Below the pieces are notes generated by a model. The model was given only the letters and a program-made list of their open reading frames with translations. It made no database searches and was not told the origin of the DNA. From positions 64,001 through 128,000 of IMG/VR virus record IMGVR_UViG_3300028832_000095: DNA of 64,000 bases; one strand, 5' to 3'. Shown here piece after piece: positions 37,536 to 47,818 of this stretch. Every line of letters starts with the position of its first letter. Positions within the stretch are counted from its first letter, which is position 1. The stretch is from a virus. Lineage: Duplodnaviria > Caudoviricetes. Both the position numbers and the translations under genes were made by a program.

Positions 37536-38771
37536 ATGAGAGCAACTATTATTTCAGAATCTACGGAAGATCAAAAGTTTAGCTTTCTTCCAAATCTAAC
37601 AAAGGCAAAAACATTTTCCGGAAAGATGGCAGCAATCTGTTATCTTAAAGATAAATACTTTAATACAAATGCTTCTGATAATGCTAAATCATATGACAGA
37701 TTTATGCGTGTAGCAGAAACAGGACATCACAGTATTGCGGATCATTATTTTGTAACGGTTCTTTTTGAGAACATTCCAAAAATGACAGCAATGATTCTAA
37801 ATAGTCTTGGGTTCTATAATACCTCCGAGAAAAGCGGAAGATATACAGTTATGAACGCCGATGAAGAAGATATGATTAAATATCATAAAAATTATGAACT
37901 GTATAACAAATGGATTCCAATCCTAACAGAACTTATTAAAAAAGAATATCCCACAATGGATGATAAACTGGTAGAAAAACTATCACTTGAAAATGCACGT
38001 TATATGCTTAGTGTATTCTCACATAGCACAACGATGTCATATACAACCTCTTTCCGGATGTGGAGTTATATTAAGTGTTATTGCGATAGGCATATTATGA
38101 CACATGAATCTAATTATGATAATATGACGCAGTTTGAAAAAGACTTGTTTGACTGTATTAAGGAACTAAGGAATTGTATTGAGGAAATGTATTTATTCTC
38201 AAATGATCTTATTGAGAATAAAGGAAGAGGTTTCTATTTCCTCGCAAAACAAACATTCTTTAATACAGACAATATGAGAGAGTGCATTGGTGATGCCTAT
38301 TTGATTAAATACGGATCATCCTTTGCCGACCTTGCACAACAGCAGAGACATAGAAACATCAAATATTATATGAACTATGACGGAAAGTACCATCAATTCT
38401 ATGTTCCAAAAATTATTAAGGACACGGAGTATGAATCACAGTGGGTAGAAGATTTAATGTCTATTGCAGAAACAACACCGATTGCAACAAAAGTTCAGGT
38501 GGTGGAGACAGGTTTTATTGGTGAGTTTTTACTGAAATGTGATGAAAGACTTTGTGGAAGAGTGCAGCTTGAAACAATGAATACTATCACACAAAATCTA
38601 ATTAGATTTGCAAGAAACCGTGGTAATTCACCGTTCATGAAAGATATGTTATCTAAATATATTGATATTGACAACTACAATGAACAAACAGTTAAGACTA
38701 AGTGTTGTAGAGTAAACTGCAAAGAACCTTGTTTCTTTGGCGCAAAGAACGGGATCACAAGAAAGATTTGA
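37536..38771 (+). CDS. thyX: flavin-dependent thymidylate synthase
   Basis: GHHSIADH, SEKSGRY, ENARY, QQRHR. Confidence 0.75.
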   Translation: MRATIISESTEDQKFSFLPNLTKAKTFSGKMAAICYLKDKYFNTNASDNAKSYDRFMRVAETGHHSIADHYFVTVLFENIPKMTAMILNSLGFYNTSEKSGRYTVMNADEEDMIKYHKNYELYNKWIPILTELIKKEYPTMDDKLVEKLSLENARYMLSVFSHSTTMSYTTSFRMWSYIKCYCDRHIMTHESNYDNMTQFEKDLFDCIKELRNCIEEMYLFSNDLIENKGRGFYFLAKQTFFNTDNMRECIGDAYLIKYGSSFADLAQQQRHRNIKYYMNYDGKYHQFYVPKIIKDTEYESQWVEDLMSIAETTPIATKVQVVETGFIGEFLLKCDERLCGRVQLETMNTITQNLIRFARNRGNSPFMKDMLSKYIDIDNYNEQTVKTKCCRVNCKEPCFFGAKNGITRKI

Positions 38772-38774
38772 TAT

Positions 38775-38872
38775 TTAGTGATATTATACAAAAACTCCTA
38801 CATCTATTTGTAGGAGTTTTATTTTATATCCTATTGACTTTTTCTTATAAATGTGTTATAATATATTTGTAA
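38775..38872 (+). promoter_or_regulatory. palindrome + terminator + sigma-A promoter module
   Basis: AAAACTCCTACA/TGTAGGAGTTTT; TTGACT(38834)-N17-TATAAT. Confidence 0.85.
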
Positions 38873-38908
38873 ACTAGATAAATAACTATCAGATCGGAGG
38901 TATTTGTT

Positions 38909-39298
38909 ATGACGTTTACTGATGCTCAGATCAATGAATTTAAGGAAAAGGTGTCCGAATTGTTTATGGATAAGTTCTATGAATTTATTGATGATGTAAA
39001 AGAAACTCGCGGAGATGGAAAAGACTTTGCATGGAAGTATGGTTTCACTATTCGCCCTAAATTCATCGAGAAGTGGACAAAGAATACAATGACTAACGCA
39101 AATAAGTTCGCATCTCAGGTTTTTAATGGAGGAACTATTGATTTCTGGATGAATAACGGTCTTGAAAAGGAAATGATCTGGAAACTGGTGTCAGAAGGAT
39201 TCCTTTCTGAATCTACTGCATGGAAAAGTGGCTCTAAGACATTCTACTTTCTCAAGCAAGATATTATAAAGGAAATTTTTAAGCAGTATAGACGATAA
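38909..39298 (+). CDS. hypothetical early protein
   Basis: GGAGG RBS. Confidence 0.65.
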   Translation: MTFTDAQINEFKEKVSELFMDKFYEFIDDVKETRGDGKDFAWKYGFTIRPKFIEKWTKNTMTNANKFASQVFNGGTIDFWMNNGLEKEMIWKLVSEGFLSESTAWKSGSKTFYFLKQDIIKEIFKQYRR

Positions 39299-39335
39299 TT
39301 AAGAAGTATTATTTGATTAAAGGAGGATTACTGAA

Positions 39336-39473
39336 ATGGAGTTTATTATTAGTGTTATGAGAGAGGAACTTGACAGACTTCCGGGCGGTATTGAGGATCA
39401 AGCTAGGGAGTTTCTTAGCAGAGTTTGCAAAACTGATGAAAGTGCGGAGGATAGTGAAAATGATTACAATTAA
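39336..39473 (+). CDS. small hypothetical protein (45 aa, not in ORF track)
   Basis: AAAGGAGG RBS; MEFIISVMREE.. Confidence 0.55.
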   Translation: MEFIISVMREELDRLPGGIEDQAREFLSRVCKTDESAEDSENDYN

Positions 39474-39795
39474 GAAATCTGATTTGTCCGATCTGTTTAA
39501 CTATATTAGGTGGACTATTGATAATCCATCTCCATGTATGAAATGTTATAGTTATGGAACACCCGAATGCTGTGGATGTATTCAGGATAGTGACTATCGA
39601 GAAAAGAAACATTCTCTTCCCGGATCATCCGTATATAATAATATGAACTATCAGAAACTTGCAGATGCTTATGTAAGAAAATATATAGCAGAAAAAGCAA
39701 AAGAAGAAGCAATCAAGAATTATAATAAAGAAGCGTCAGTGTATGAATCAGTGCTACAAGAATATGATGTAGTTTGTGAAGAAACCACTAAATAA
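39460..39795 (+). CDS. Cys-rich hypothetical protein
   Basis: PCMKC..CCGC; start revised behind GGAGG. Confidence 0.6.
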   Translation: MITIKKSDLSDLFNYIRWTIDNPSPCMKCYSYGTPECCGCIQDSDYREKKHSLPGSSVYNNMNYQKLADAYVRKYIAEKAKEEAIKNYNKEASVYESVLQEYDVVCEETTK

Positions 39796-39801
39796 AGGAT
39801 T

Positions 39802-40125
39802 TTGCGTATGAATCAAAATGAATTATATGATGAAATACCTCACGAACTTAAAGAGTGTGGAAGAGTTCAGATTAAAAATATTTTTCGTGATGCTGGATAT
39901 GTTGTATTCCGTGATCATGTTGTTGATCATACTGGATATTATATATTCAAAGAAGTATTTACTAAAAATGACATTATAAACCCAATTCGTTATAAATATC
40001 TAGGTTGGTATAAACTACTTAAACAGGTCATGTATGAAATTAAAAATGATTACATGGATTCATGTAGGCATTTTGAAGTAAATGTGACTAGCGTTCTGGA
40101 GGTATATGATAATGAAGTGTCTTGA
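39802..40125 (+). CDS. hypothetical protein
   Basis: ORF in operon. Confidence 0.55.
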   Translation: MRMNQNELYDEIPHELKECGRVQIKNIFRDAGYVVFRDHVVDHTGYYIFKEVFTKNDIINPIRYKYLGWYKLLKQVMYEIKNDYMDSCRHFEVNVTSVLEVYDNEVS

Positions 40126-40271
40126 ATTTCCACCAATGTTGTTTGATGAGTGTGAATTCGATTTCCCAGATGACATGAGAAGACTTCTGAATCTTCTTGA
40201 AATGGATTACTATTGGGATATTAAAGATTATGTATACAGACCTTGGGATAATGATAAGGAGTATGAATAAT

Positions 40272-40976
40272 ATGTATTCAAATGTAATGGCGAATATTAA
40301 AAATAATAATAAGTTCCCTGTTTGCTGTAATCAGTCTAAGTTAAATTATAATAAATACAAACAACTCTGTGAACAGAGTCAAGAAAAAGCAGAGTTGTGT
40401 GACAAAATCAGAAATGATTTTGGTGAGGAATACACAAGTGACGCTAAGCGTGAATGGAGAAAAATCGCTAAAGACCGTGACACTGTATGCACTTGTCTTA
40501 AACTAAATAAAGTTATGGATTCTTTGATGCAAGAAATCATAGATGAATATTCTTTGGAATTTATTGGTAATGGCAGTAAGGAATGTGACGGATCGCAAGG
40601 TTTAGTTCACTTGTGGAATCATGATAATGCTTCATGTTTCAAAGCAAAAGCGAAAGATGCATATATTCTGATGGAGCACAGCGAGAATATATTCAACGGA
40701 TATTACTTCATTGATTTCGATATCCATTATGTATTTTCAAATTCAGTTGAATGTGCATTGTTGGAATGGGATTTGAGAAAGCACGATGACTATTTTAACT
40801 TTTCTGATGAACCGAATCGTATTGGATTTGTCGATCTTCATTATGATGTATATGAGAAAGCAGAATATTTTTATATGCAAAAAAAGCTAAAGGAAAAGCT
40901 TGAACAGTTCTTTGAACAACATAGGTTAGATATCATTCTTTGGGAAGAACTCGAAAATGATGAATCCGGAAAATAA
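40272..40976 (+). CDS. hypothetical protein
   Basis: AAGGAG RBS; start revised. Confidence 0.6.
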   Translation: MYSNVMANIKNNNKFPVCCNQSKLNYNKYKQLCEQSQEKAELCDKIRNDFGEEYTSDAKREWRKIAKDRDTVCTCLKLNKVMDSLMQEIIDEYSLEFIGNGSKECDGSQGLVHLWNHDNASCFKAKAKDAYILMEHSENIFNGYYFIDFDIHYVFSNSVECALLEWDLRKHDDYFNFSDEPNRIGFVDLHYDVYEKAEYFYMQKKLKEKLEQFFEQHRLDIILWEELENDESGK

Positions 40977-41164
40977 CTTCTTCATATGGGATATAATCAA
41001 CAACATCCCTCATGAACTAACTCTATTTAGAATAAGTTTGAAAAGGCATACTGTATGATTAAATAAGATGACAGATATGCAACTACACATAATCTTATAG
41101 AGAATTCGTGATATTAAAAAACAACTCTATTTATTATGACGGAATCACAAGAAAGATATGATGC

Positions 41165-41282
41165 TTAGTAAATATATACAAAAACTCATGCAAATATTTG
41201 TATGAGTTTTATTTTATAAATTTCAAGAAAACACTTGACAAAATCAAAAATATATGTTATACTATATTTACAAGGTTAAGTA
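41165..41282 (+). promoter_or_regulatory. palindrome + terminator + sigma-A promoter module
   Basis: AAAACTCATGCA/TGTATGAGTTTT; TTGACA(41235)-N17-TATACT. Confidence 0.85.
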
Positions 41283-41321
41283 ACGAATAATAAAGCCAAA
41301 AACATTGAGGAGGATCTAAAA

Positions 41322-41549
41322 ATGGAAAACAAGAAAACCTGTACTTTTGTGTTCTACAAGTTTATTGACAAAGAGGAAAACTATGCCAAGGTTAGATGTA
41401 CCAACTGCGGTGATTTTGCTATTGCTCAGTACATTCACAGATGGGAAACAGAAAGACTTAATGATCTTATGCGGATCAAGTTCTGTCCTCATTGTGGTGC
41501 CGAGGATACTCTGTACGATAGAGTATGGAGTGGTGAGTTTGACGATTGA
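41322..41549 (+). CDS. zinc-ribbon protein
   Basis: CTNCG..FCPHCGA. Confidence 0.65.
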   Translation: MENKKTCTFVFYKFIDKEENYAKVRCTNCGDFAIAQYIHRWETERLNDLMRIKFCPHCGAEDTLYDRVWSGEFDD

Positions 41550-41564
41550 TGGAGGATATTAAGT

Positions 41565-41933
41565 ATGAAAATCATTGAGATTAAATATTTTGAAAACCTT
41601 AGAGAAGTAATGAAAGATCCTAAATATCGTAGAAGCCATATCGGAGTATATGTCGCTTATAAGAACTATATGGAATCCGTCAGACTTGGTGCAGAGGAAT
41701 TTGAAGTTTCTGATCCTCCGTATAATGAAGAAGATATGCGGGAATTTATCAAAACTCTGGAAGCCGCCGGAGTAAATAGATTCTGCTATACTGCCAAGAA
41801 CACCATTACAATTGATTTCCTTCATGTATGTACCGATATGTGGTGGCAGAATATTCATGTTGGATCTATTCACAGAACTAATGAAATTTTCGGAGAAGAA
41901 GATGTAAAAGGAATATGGGTAGAGATTTCTTGA
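41565..41933 (+). CDS. hypothetical protein
   Basis: GGAGG RBS. Confidence 0.6.
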   Translation: MKIIEIKYFENLREVMKDPKYRRSHIGVYVAYKNYMESVRLGAEEFEVSDPPYNEEDMREFIKTLEAAGVNRFCYTAKNTITIDFLHVCTDMWWQNIHVGSIHRTNEIFGEEDVKGIWVEIS

Positions 41934-41947
41934 AGGAGTGTATAAAA

Positions 41948-42325
41948 ATGATTATGTGTGTTTGGTTAGATGATATCAGGGAAATTCCGGAAATAAATAT
42001 TCGTCATTGTGTTCGTGAAGAACCTGAGTTTGGAATGAACACATATATCACATACAGAGCTAAATCTGTAAATTATGCAAAATCTCTTATTGAGAGTGCG
42101 GTAAAGCAGAATAGGTATGACGGATATCTTCTTGATCTTGACCATGATCTTGGAGACTATTCAAAAGACGGCGGAGATGCCTATAAGCTGATCCTGTGGA
42201 TGATTGAAAATGGATATGTAAGCAATAAATTCAAATTCAGACTGCATACAATGAATCCGGTTGGTAGAGAGAACATGAAAGAACTTATTATCCGTTATTT
42301 TGGAAAGGAAAATTATTATGATTGA
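41948..42325 (+). CDS. cyclic-phosphate-processing receiver-like domain protein
   Basis: WLDDIR..LDHDLG..HTMNPVGRENM. Confidence 0.7.
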   Translation: MIMCVWLDDIREIPEINIRHCVREEPEFGMNTYITYRAKSVNYAKSLIESAVKQNRYDGYLLDLDHDLGDYSKDGGDAYKLILWMIENGYVSNKFKFRLHTMNPVGRENMKELIIRYFGKENYYD

Positions 42326-42560
42326 CAGACATTGGAATGAAGTAAGAGAATTGGGTGAGAAGATCGGATATGGGAAACTAATGACAGTTGCTTCTATCCT
42401 ATGGGCATCAAAACTTATTGATGCCGGACTACCAGATAACGGAGCATTTTATCCAACAGGTTTATTTAATATGAAGGATTCGACAACAACAAAAGATCAA
42501 GTCGAATATCGTAAAGCATGGCTTGAATTTTATAGGAAGAATATAGTATACAAAGAATAA
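42318..42560 (+). CDS. hypothetical protein
   Basis: ORF in operon. Confidence 0.55.
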   Translation: MIDRHWNEVRELGEKIGYGKLMTVASILWASKLIDAGLPDNGAFYPTGLFNMKDSTTTKDQVEYRKAWLEFYRKNIVYKE

Positions 42561-42573
42561 GGAGGATATAATA

Positions 42574-42990
42574 ATGGATCTTAATCTCAAACTCAAAGAT
42601 CATACCCTTATAAAAATTACATCTGAACTTGACACAGAAAGAGTTTATGATTACTACGGTGATTATGATCGTCCAACTCAGGACATTAGATTTATTTTCG
42701 ATGACGGAATGATAGTTGATTTTTTGTCAATTAGAGATGACAGTGCTTCCTTTACATATCTTGCAAGTTTCTTCTACCAGAAAGATTTTTCAGAATACAC
42801 AAAAGATCAATTTATTTCTGAATTTTCGGAATATGTTAGTGTGAAACCATCAGTTATGAGAATAAATTGGCGTGATCAATATAATTCTAACTGCTCAGTT
42901 ATGAAGTCTGACCATTATGCAGTTTTCAGAGATATTGAATCTCCGAAAGAATCAACTGGATATGCTAACTATGACGGTAGAGAATTTTAA
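42574..42990 (+). CDS. hypothetical protein
   Basis: AAGGAGG RBS. Confidence 0.6.
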   Translation: MDLNLKLKDHTLIKITSELDTERVYDYYGDYDRPTQDIRFIFDDGMIVDFLSIRDDSASFTYLASFFYQKDFSEYTKDQFISEFSEYVSVKPSVMRINWRDQYNSNCSVMKSDHYAVFRDIESPKESTGYANYDGREF

Positions 42991-43004
42991 GGAGGACTAA
43001 CACA

Positions 43005-43244
43005 ATGAAAACATACTATCCAATGGCTACTTATGATGGACAGACAGATAATTTTCATACGCTTACTACATACGATAGTCAATTTACTGTTAATGAGTGT
43101 TTGATTGCAATTCGTAATTGGATTTCTGCCGGGTTCAAAATTGATAAATGTTGGATTCAAGAATATGATACAGATACGAATGTTCCGAGAAATATCTCTG
43201 TTCACATTGTAGGCAGAGAACCTAAAGTTATTTATAGTAGATAA
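43005..43244 (+). CDS. hypothetical protein
   Basis: AAGGAGG RBS. Confidence 0.6.
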   Translation: MKTYYPMATYDGQTDNFHTLTTYDSQFTVNECLIAIRNWISAGFKIDKCWIQEYDTDTNVPRNISVHIVGREPKVIYSR

Positions 43245-43257
43245 AGGGGGGTTAATT

Positions 43258-44028
43258 ATGAAAAAAGAATGGGTTGAGAAGAAAGAACAGGAACGTAAAG
43301 TAAGAATTAAAGAACTTACAAAACAAATCATGGATGCACTAACTTCTTTGGAAGATTTTACGGATAAAGAAAGAGATATGTTTGTTGAAAGATTTTACGA
43401 GATGAAAAATATTGGCATGAGTGATGCTCATATGTATATGCCGCATATTAAAGGAAAGTTCAAATACAGAGATGACCTATATAATAAGATAATGGATATT
43501 CTCAAAGAACTTCCGTTTGATCAACTTATCATGACCGAGCGTTATAGTTATGAAAATTATCTTGATTCTGAACATAAACATTTTACCGGAGATATTATTA
43601 TCACAGATCCTTGTTATATTGCAAAAGAAAATGAATGGCCCGATTATCTTGATGATGCGTATGATAATGAGGATCATCCTTTAAGGACTTTCATTGAACG
43701 TGGAACCATTTATGGTGACTGGTCTTGTACTACATTTGATACTGTTAATAGTTGGAAACCCATTGGAAACTTTTGTGCGGATGCTGGATGGGTCGGCGTG
43801 TTTGATCTTTCAGAAGTTTTAGCATATAACCCGAATTTTAACTATCATATAGAAAGACCTTGGACAACAACACTAATTAAGAATTTTGACGGTACTGTTT
43901 GGTTTGAAGTTGATGAGCACTACGATGAAGACTACGGATATGAATACTCTGTTCATGTTATTGGTAAAGGGGTTAATACAGAGACCGGAGAGCCTATTGA
44001 GTTCAGGACAACTCAGACAGGACTTTGA
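43258..44028 (+). CDS. hypothetical phage protein
   Basis: GDIIITDPCY..TIYGDW..FCADAG motif. Confidence 0.65.
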   Translation: MKKEWVEKKEQERKVRIKELTKQIMDALTSLEDFTDKERDMFVERFYEMKNIGMSDAHMYMPHIKGKFKYRDDLYNKIMDILKELPFDQLIMTERYSYENYLDSEHKHFTGDIIITDPCYIAKENEWPDYLDDAYDNEDHPLRTFIERGTIYGDWSCTTFDTVNSWKPIGNFCADAGWVGVFDLSEVLAYNPNFNYHIERPWTTTLIKNFDGTVWFEVDEHYDEDYGYEYSVHVIGKGVNTETGEPIEFRTTQTGL

Positions 44029-44042
44029 AAGGATTTTACATT

Positions 44043-44369
44043 ATGAAAACTGTTTTGGTTTACAGTCTTAACGAAATTAGAGATATTCTTTTGAAATATC
44101 TTCCGCCTGATTCAGAGTCGTACATTGAAGACGCTCTGTTTGAGTGGGCTAGATATGAACGATTTATTCATATTAACGTAGATAAACTCGAAAACATTTC
44201 CGTTGAGTATGAGGAAGGTGGGTTACGCGCATCAAATGATGGTGCTGTGCCTAAGAAAATTCAGAAATGGATTGACATTATCAATGAATTGATCCTAATT
44301 ATTGAGAATATGGAACTTCCGGAAGAGTTCATTATTGACTATGAATCAGACATTTCTATTTATAAATAA
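44043..44369 (+). CDS. hypothetical protein
   Basis: AAAGGA RBS. Confidence 0.55.
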   Translation: MKTVLVYSLNEIRDILLKYLPPDSESYIEDALFEWARYERFIHINVDKLENISVEYEEGGLRASNDGAVPKKIQKWIDIINELILIIENMELPEEFIIDYESDISIYK

Positions 44370-44381
44370 AGGTGAATTACT

Positions 44382-44945
44382 ATGGTTGGATATAAAATTG
44401 CAGTTGGTATTGACTCCGTAGACGGTCCGTTTCTTGTAGTAGTTAAACTAGAGACATTACCAGAATCTACTATTGTTACACCAAATAATAAAATTCAGTT
44501 AGCAGCAGAATGTTCTATTCTCTATTACGTTGAAGAAATATTAAATGTATGTAATTTTTATTATATACCAGATAAAAAAGAAATTCAACAATATAGAACA
44601 GATGCTGCAATCGTAACGGGAATTGCACCTATTAAATTAGATTATAAACCTAATAATTGGAATAATAAGGCGTATTCTATTCACGACATTTCAAATAGAC
44701 TTGAATTGCCAGCAGCATATTCAGACAGTTCTGCTTTTACATATATGAATTGTAATAAAGTTTATTCCAATCTTGATTTAAGACCCGAAAATACTTGTGG
44801 GTATGGAATACATTTCTTTGAAAGTTTAGAGGATGCTATTTATTATTTTGCATATGATTATGAGTCTTATATAGTAAATAATTTTCGTCAGATAAAAGGC
44901 GCTTGGAGAAGAGAATCTAAATTATTAAAGGAGTTAGTAAAATGA
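44382..44945 (+). CDS. DUF5758-like protein, tandem paralog 1
   Basis: GYKIAVG..VKLE..RTD.A..AYS..C..GIHFF. Confidence 0.6.
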   Translation: MVGYKIAVGIDSVDGPFLVVVKLETLPESTIVTPNNKIQLAAECSILYYVEEILNVCNFYYIPDKKEIQQYRTDAAIVTGIAPIKLDYKPNNWNNKAYSIHDISNRLELPAAYSDSSAFTYMNCNKVYSNLDLRPENTCGYGIHFFESLEDAIYYFAYDYESYIVNNFRQIKGAWRRESKLLKELVK

Positions 44946-45505
44946 TTGGATATAAGATTGCAGTTGGAATAGATCGAAAGAACGGACCGTTTCCAGTATT
45001 GGTTAAACTTGAAGTTCCGGAAGATGCAACAATAGTAAGACCTTTTGATGGAATTAAACTTGAAATACTGAATCGCTGTTTCTTTTCAGAAAGAACACTT
45101 CATCAATTAAGAACTGATAAAGCAAAAGTTCTTGAAATAAATCCCGTGTCAACGTGGGAAAATTATTTAGAAGACTGGAATGGAAAAGCATATTCAGTTT
45201 ATAGCTTATCAAGAGATATTAACATGAATATCTCCGGTCATGTTTTTTGTTACGAAGAAGGAAAAGAAGTTTCAAGTTATCTTGATCTCGACGAAAGATA
45301 TTCGTGCGTTCCGGGAATTCATTTATTTGAATCAAATGCAGATGCTGTTGAATATCTACTCTTTGATGATTATTTTATGAATTGCATAAATAAGTTCAGT
45401 AAAGTGTGGACATATAAAACAAATTGGAATGATCCTTGGGATGATGAAGACTACCAACAATATGCAAATTCCTGTAAAAATCATCTTATTGATCTAAGTA
45501 AGTAA
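44942..45505 (+). CDS. DUF5758-like protein, tandem paralog 2
   Basis: Same motifs, also 187 aa. Confidence 0.6.
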   Translation: MIGYKIAVGIDRKNGPFPVLVKLEVPEDATIVRPFDGIKLEILNRCFFSERTLHQLRTDKAKVLEINPVSTWENYLEDWNGKAYSVYSLSRDINMNISGHVFCYEEGKEVSSYLDLDERYSCVPGIHLFESNADAVEYLLFDDYFMNCINKFSKVWTYKTNWNDPWDDEDYQQYANSCKNHLIDLSK

Positions 45506-45610
45506 AGACAAAATAGATGTAGAATAAACTCTACATCCATTGTTTATTTTATATAAAAAATGTGCAAATACTTTATTATTGTTTTTACATATAAAATTAT
45601 TCAAAACCTA

Positions 45611-45650
45611 TTGACTTTTTGAGCATTATGTGTTATACTATATTTACAGG
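45611..45650 (+). promoter_or_regulatory. sigma-A promoter
   Basis: TTGACT-N17-TATACT-ATATTTACA; upstream GATGTAGA/TCTACATC hairpin. Confidence 0.8.
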
Positions 45651-45681
45651 ATAACACAATAATTCAAGGAGGATAAAGGTT

Positions 45682-45951
45682 ATGAAAAACACGATTATTG
45701 GAAATGAAACTTGGTTCGATATGTGGTTCTCCGACAAGCAGAATATGCTTGATACAATGGTAAGAAATATGCAAGCCGATCTGGATTGCGGATATGATTA
45801 TTTTGGAAAGTCTATCACTTCTCAGCGAGAGATGATTGATGAGTACAAGAAGAACTTTGATGATCAGATGGACAAGTTCAAGGAAATGGAAGATAAAGCC
45901 GTCAATAGATGGTGCTATTACGATATGAAGAAACGTGGAGTTATTGAGTGA
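45682..45951 (+). CDS. hypothetical early protein
   Basis: AAGGAGG RBS. Confidence 0.65.
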   Translation: MKNTIIGNETWFDMWFSDKQNMLDTMVRNMQADLDCGYDYFGKSITSQREMIDEYKKNFDDQMDKFKEMEDKAVNRWCYYDMKKRGVIE

Positions 45952-45964
45952 AGGGAGGATTATT

Positions 45965-46372
45965 ATGGTTACAGTGGTTTTGGGGTATAGTTGTCTTGTT
46001 CTATTTACATATTCTGCTATAATTACTCTTATTGTTTTCGACAAAGAACGTAAACAGAAGAAAGAACCGGAACCGGAACTTTTTGACGGAGATATAATGA
46101 GAGAAATAAGCAAGGCAAATGAGGGTATGTATAAGTTTGAATATTCTTCAGAACAGAAGAAGATCTTAAAAGAATTGGTTGCTATCATTAAAAACTCCGC
46201 CGAAAAAGGATTCACATCTGTAAACCTATTAAAATGTAGGAATCTTAATTATCGGATACAGAACTATTTTACAAGACAGCAAATTCTTGATTATTTCGAG
46301 CCTAAGAAATATACAGTAAAATTTGAAATGGATTCAGAAAATACTTCTTATATTGAGAAGATAACGTGGTAA
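45965..46372 (+). CDS. membrane-anchored hypothetical protein
   Basis: N-terminal hydrophobic helix. Confidence 0.55.
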   Translation: MVTVVLGYSCLVLFTYSAIITLIVFDKERKQKKEPEPELFDGDIMREISKANEGMYKFEYSSEQKKILKELVAIIKNSAEKGFTSVNLLKCRNLNYRIQNYFTRQQILDYFEPKKYTVKFEMDSENTSYIEKITW

Positions 46373-46388
46373 AAAGGAGAAATAAATC

Positions 46389-46814
46389 ATGTTATTAAAA
46401 GAAGATAAACAGTTATACAGAGGTATATTCTGGATTCCGGATATTGATAATGTGAAATCATCTAATCTATATTTTACAATTCCTTGTGATGTTGATGGAT
46501 ATATAAACGATACTGAATTTCAGATTTCCGATATTGTATCTTCTACTGGATCAGATAATTATAACCATAAAAAACTGTGGAAATCTTTGGGAAATAAATA
46601 TACAAATGGAAAGGACTTTTCTTATTATCCTAGAGGTAGAGTTGAAATTAGCAATGGAATTGCAAAAGTATTTCATTCTCCACATATTCCACAAGATGAT
46701 CTTAAAAGATTTGTTATTGATAAATTTAATCTAACTCCGTCAAACGGAATCAAGAAGATTAAAATGATTGCTGATGGAAGTGACCATTATAAATGTTATT
46801 TAGATGAGGAGTGA
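46389..46814 (+). CDS. hypothetical protein, paralog of 6891..7316
   Basis: GIFW..NHKKLW..YYPRGRVE..DGSDHYKC. Confidence 0.75.
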   Translation: MLLKEDKQLYRGIFWIPDIDNVKSSNLYFTIPCDVDGYINDTEFQISDIVSSTGSDNYNHKKLWKSLGNKYTNGKDFSYYPRGRVEISNGIAKVFHSPHIPQDDLKRFVIDKFNLTPSNGIKKIKMIADGSDHYKCYLDEE

Positions 46815-46820
46815 TATTAT

Positions 46821-47258
46821 ATGAATATTTACAGACTAACTATTTGTAAAATTACTTGCTATCAATACGAAGATACATGGTATGAGTGGTTTTTAACAGA
46901 AGATGAAATGAAAGCATATAAAGAGAAATATGAAAAAGAACATAGACGGGAAAACGGAGATTATATTCCACATATTACTGATATTTCATATTATGAAGAT
47001 ACAATGACATTAGAGGAAGCGAGGGAATCAGATACATTTACAGTGAATGACTTTGAAGAATTGTTTAATGTTGATGTTACAAATTTATTAACAAATGAAA
47101 CAGATTGGTATCTTGATGAGGATGGATAAATTAGATGTTCTTACTGTGACGAAAAGTCTTATATTCAGGATCCGTCTTTGAACAGAGAATGCTATTGTTC
47201 TATTTGTGGAAATAAGATGTCAAATAAAATTCTTCCAGAAAAAACTATAACCAAGTAA
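46821..47258 (+). pseudogene. gene with in-frame TAA cutting off a zinc ribbon
   Basis: WYLDEDG*IRCSYC..YCSICGNKM. Confidence 0.55.
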
Positions 47259-47300
47259 GAGGAGAGTATAAATTATTCCTATCAAACCGGAGGTAGATGA

Positions 47301-47492
47301 ATGAAAAATTCTTTGTGCGCTCACTGTCTTAATTGCAGTGAGATCAAGTATGATGGATTCTTTTGTGACGAGACTGGATATACAGAAAGTAAAGATATTT
47401 CTGATGGATGTGAAATGTTCAAAGATGATTCAGTTAAATTTTTCGCAGAAAAGTTAGCATATACGTTTAATGATAAGGAGGAGGAAGAATAA
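47301..47492 (+). CDS. small Cys-rich protein
   Basis: GGAGG RBS; CAHCLNC. Confidence 0.55.
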   Translation: MKNSLCAHCLNCSEIKYDGFFCDETGYTESKDISDGCEMFKDDSVKFFAEKLAYTFNDKEEEE

Positions 47493-47815
47493 TGAAAGTA
47501 ATTACAATTTATGAGGCGTTTGACGGTGAACAGTTTGATGACGAAATTGACTGCTTAGAGCACGAACTTATCTTTAAAGAAAAGACTACTACACTAAGAG
47601 CTTACGGTAAACGTAATAAACGACTTTATGATCTTTACAAAGACGATACATATAATGAAACAATGAAAATTGTTATTCCTGATACTGAGGCTCTTAAGAT
47701 GCTAATGGAACTTCAAGATTATTGTGGTTTCTATTTTGATATTCCTGCTGTTGCATCCAGCATTGGAACATGGAAGTATGATGAAAAGGAAGATCATTGG
47801 AAGAAGGTCGGATAA
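47492..47815 (+). CDS. hypothetical protein
   Basis: YEAFDG..F.DE..C..HE start. Confidence 0.6.
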   Translation: MKVITIYEAFDGEQFDDEIDCLEHELIFKEKTTTLRAYGKRNKRLYDLYKDDTYNETMKIVIPDTEALKMLMELQDYCGFYFDIPAVASSIGTWKYDEKEDHWKKVG

Positions 47816-47818
47816 ATT

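Noticed and set aside
40977-41165. Hidden gene in the intergenic gap
   Set aside because: Only short stop-interrupted fragments; probably decayed sequence.
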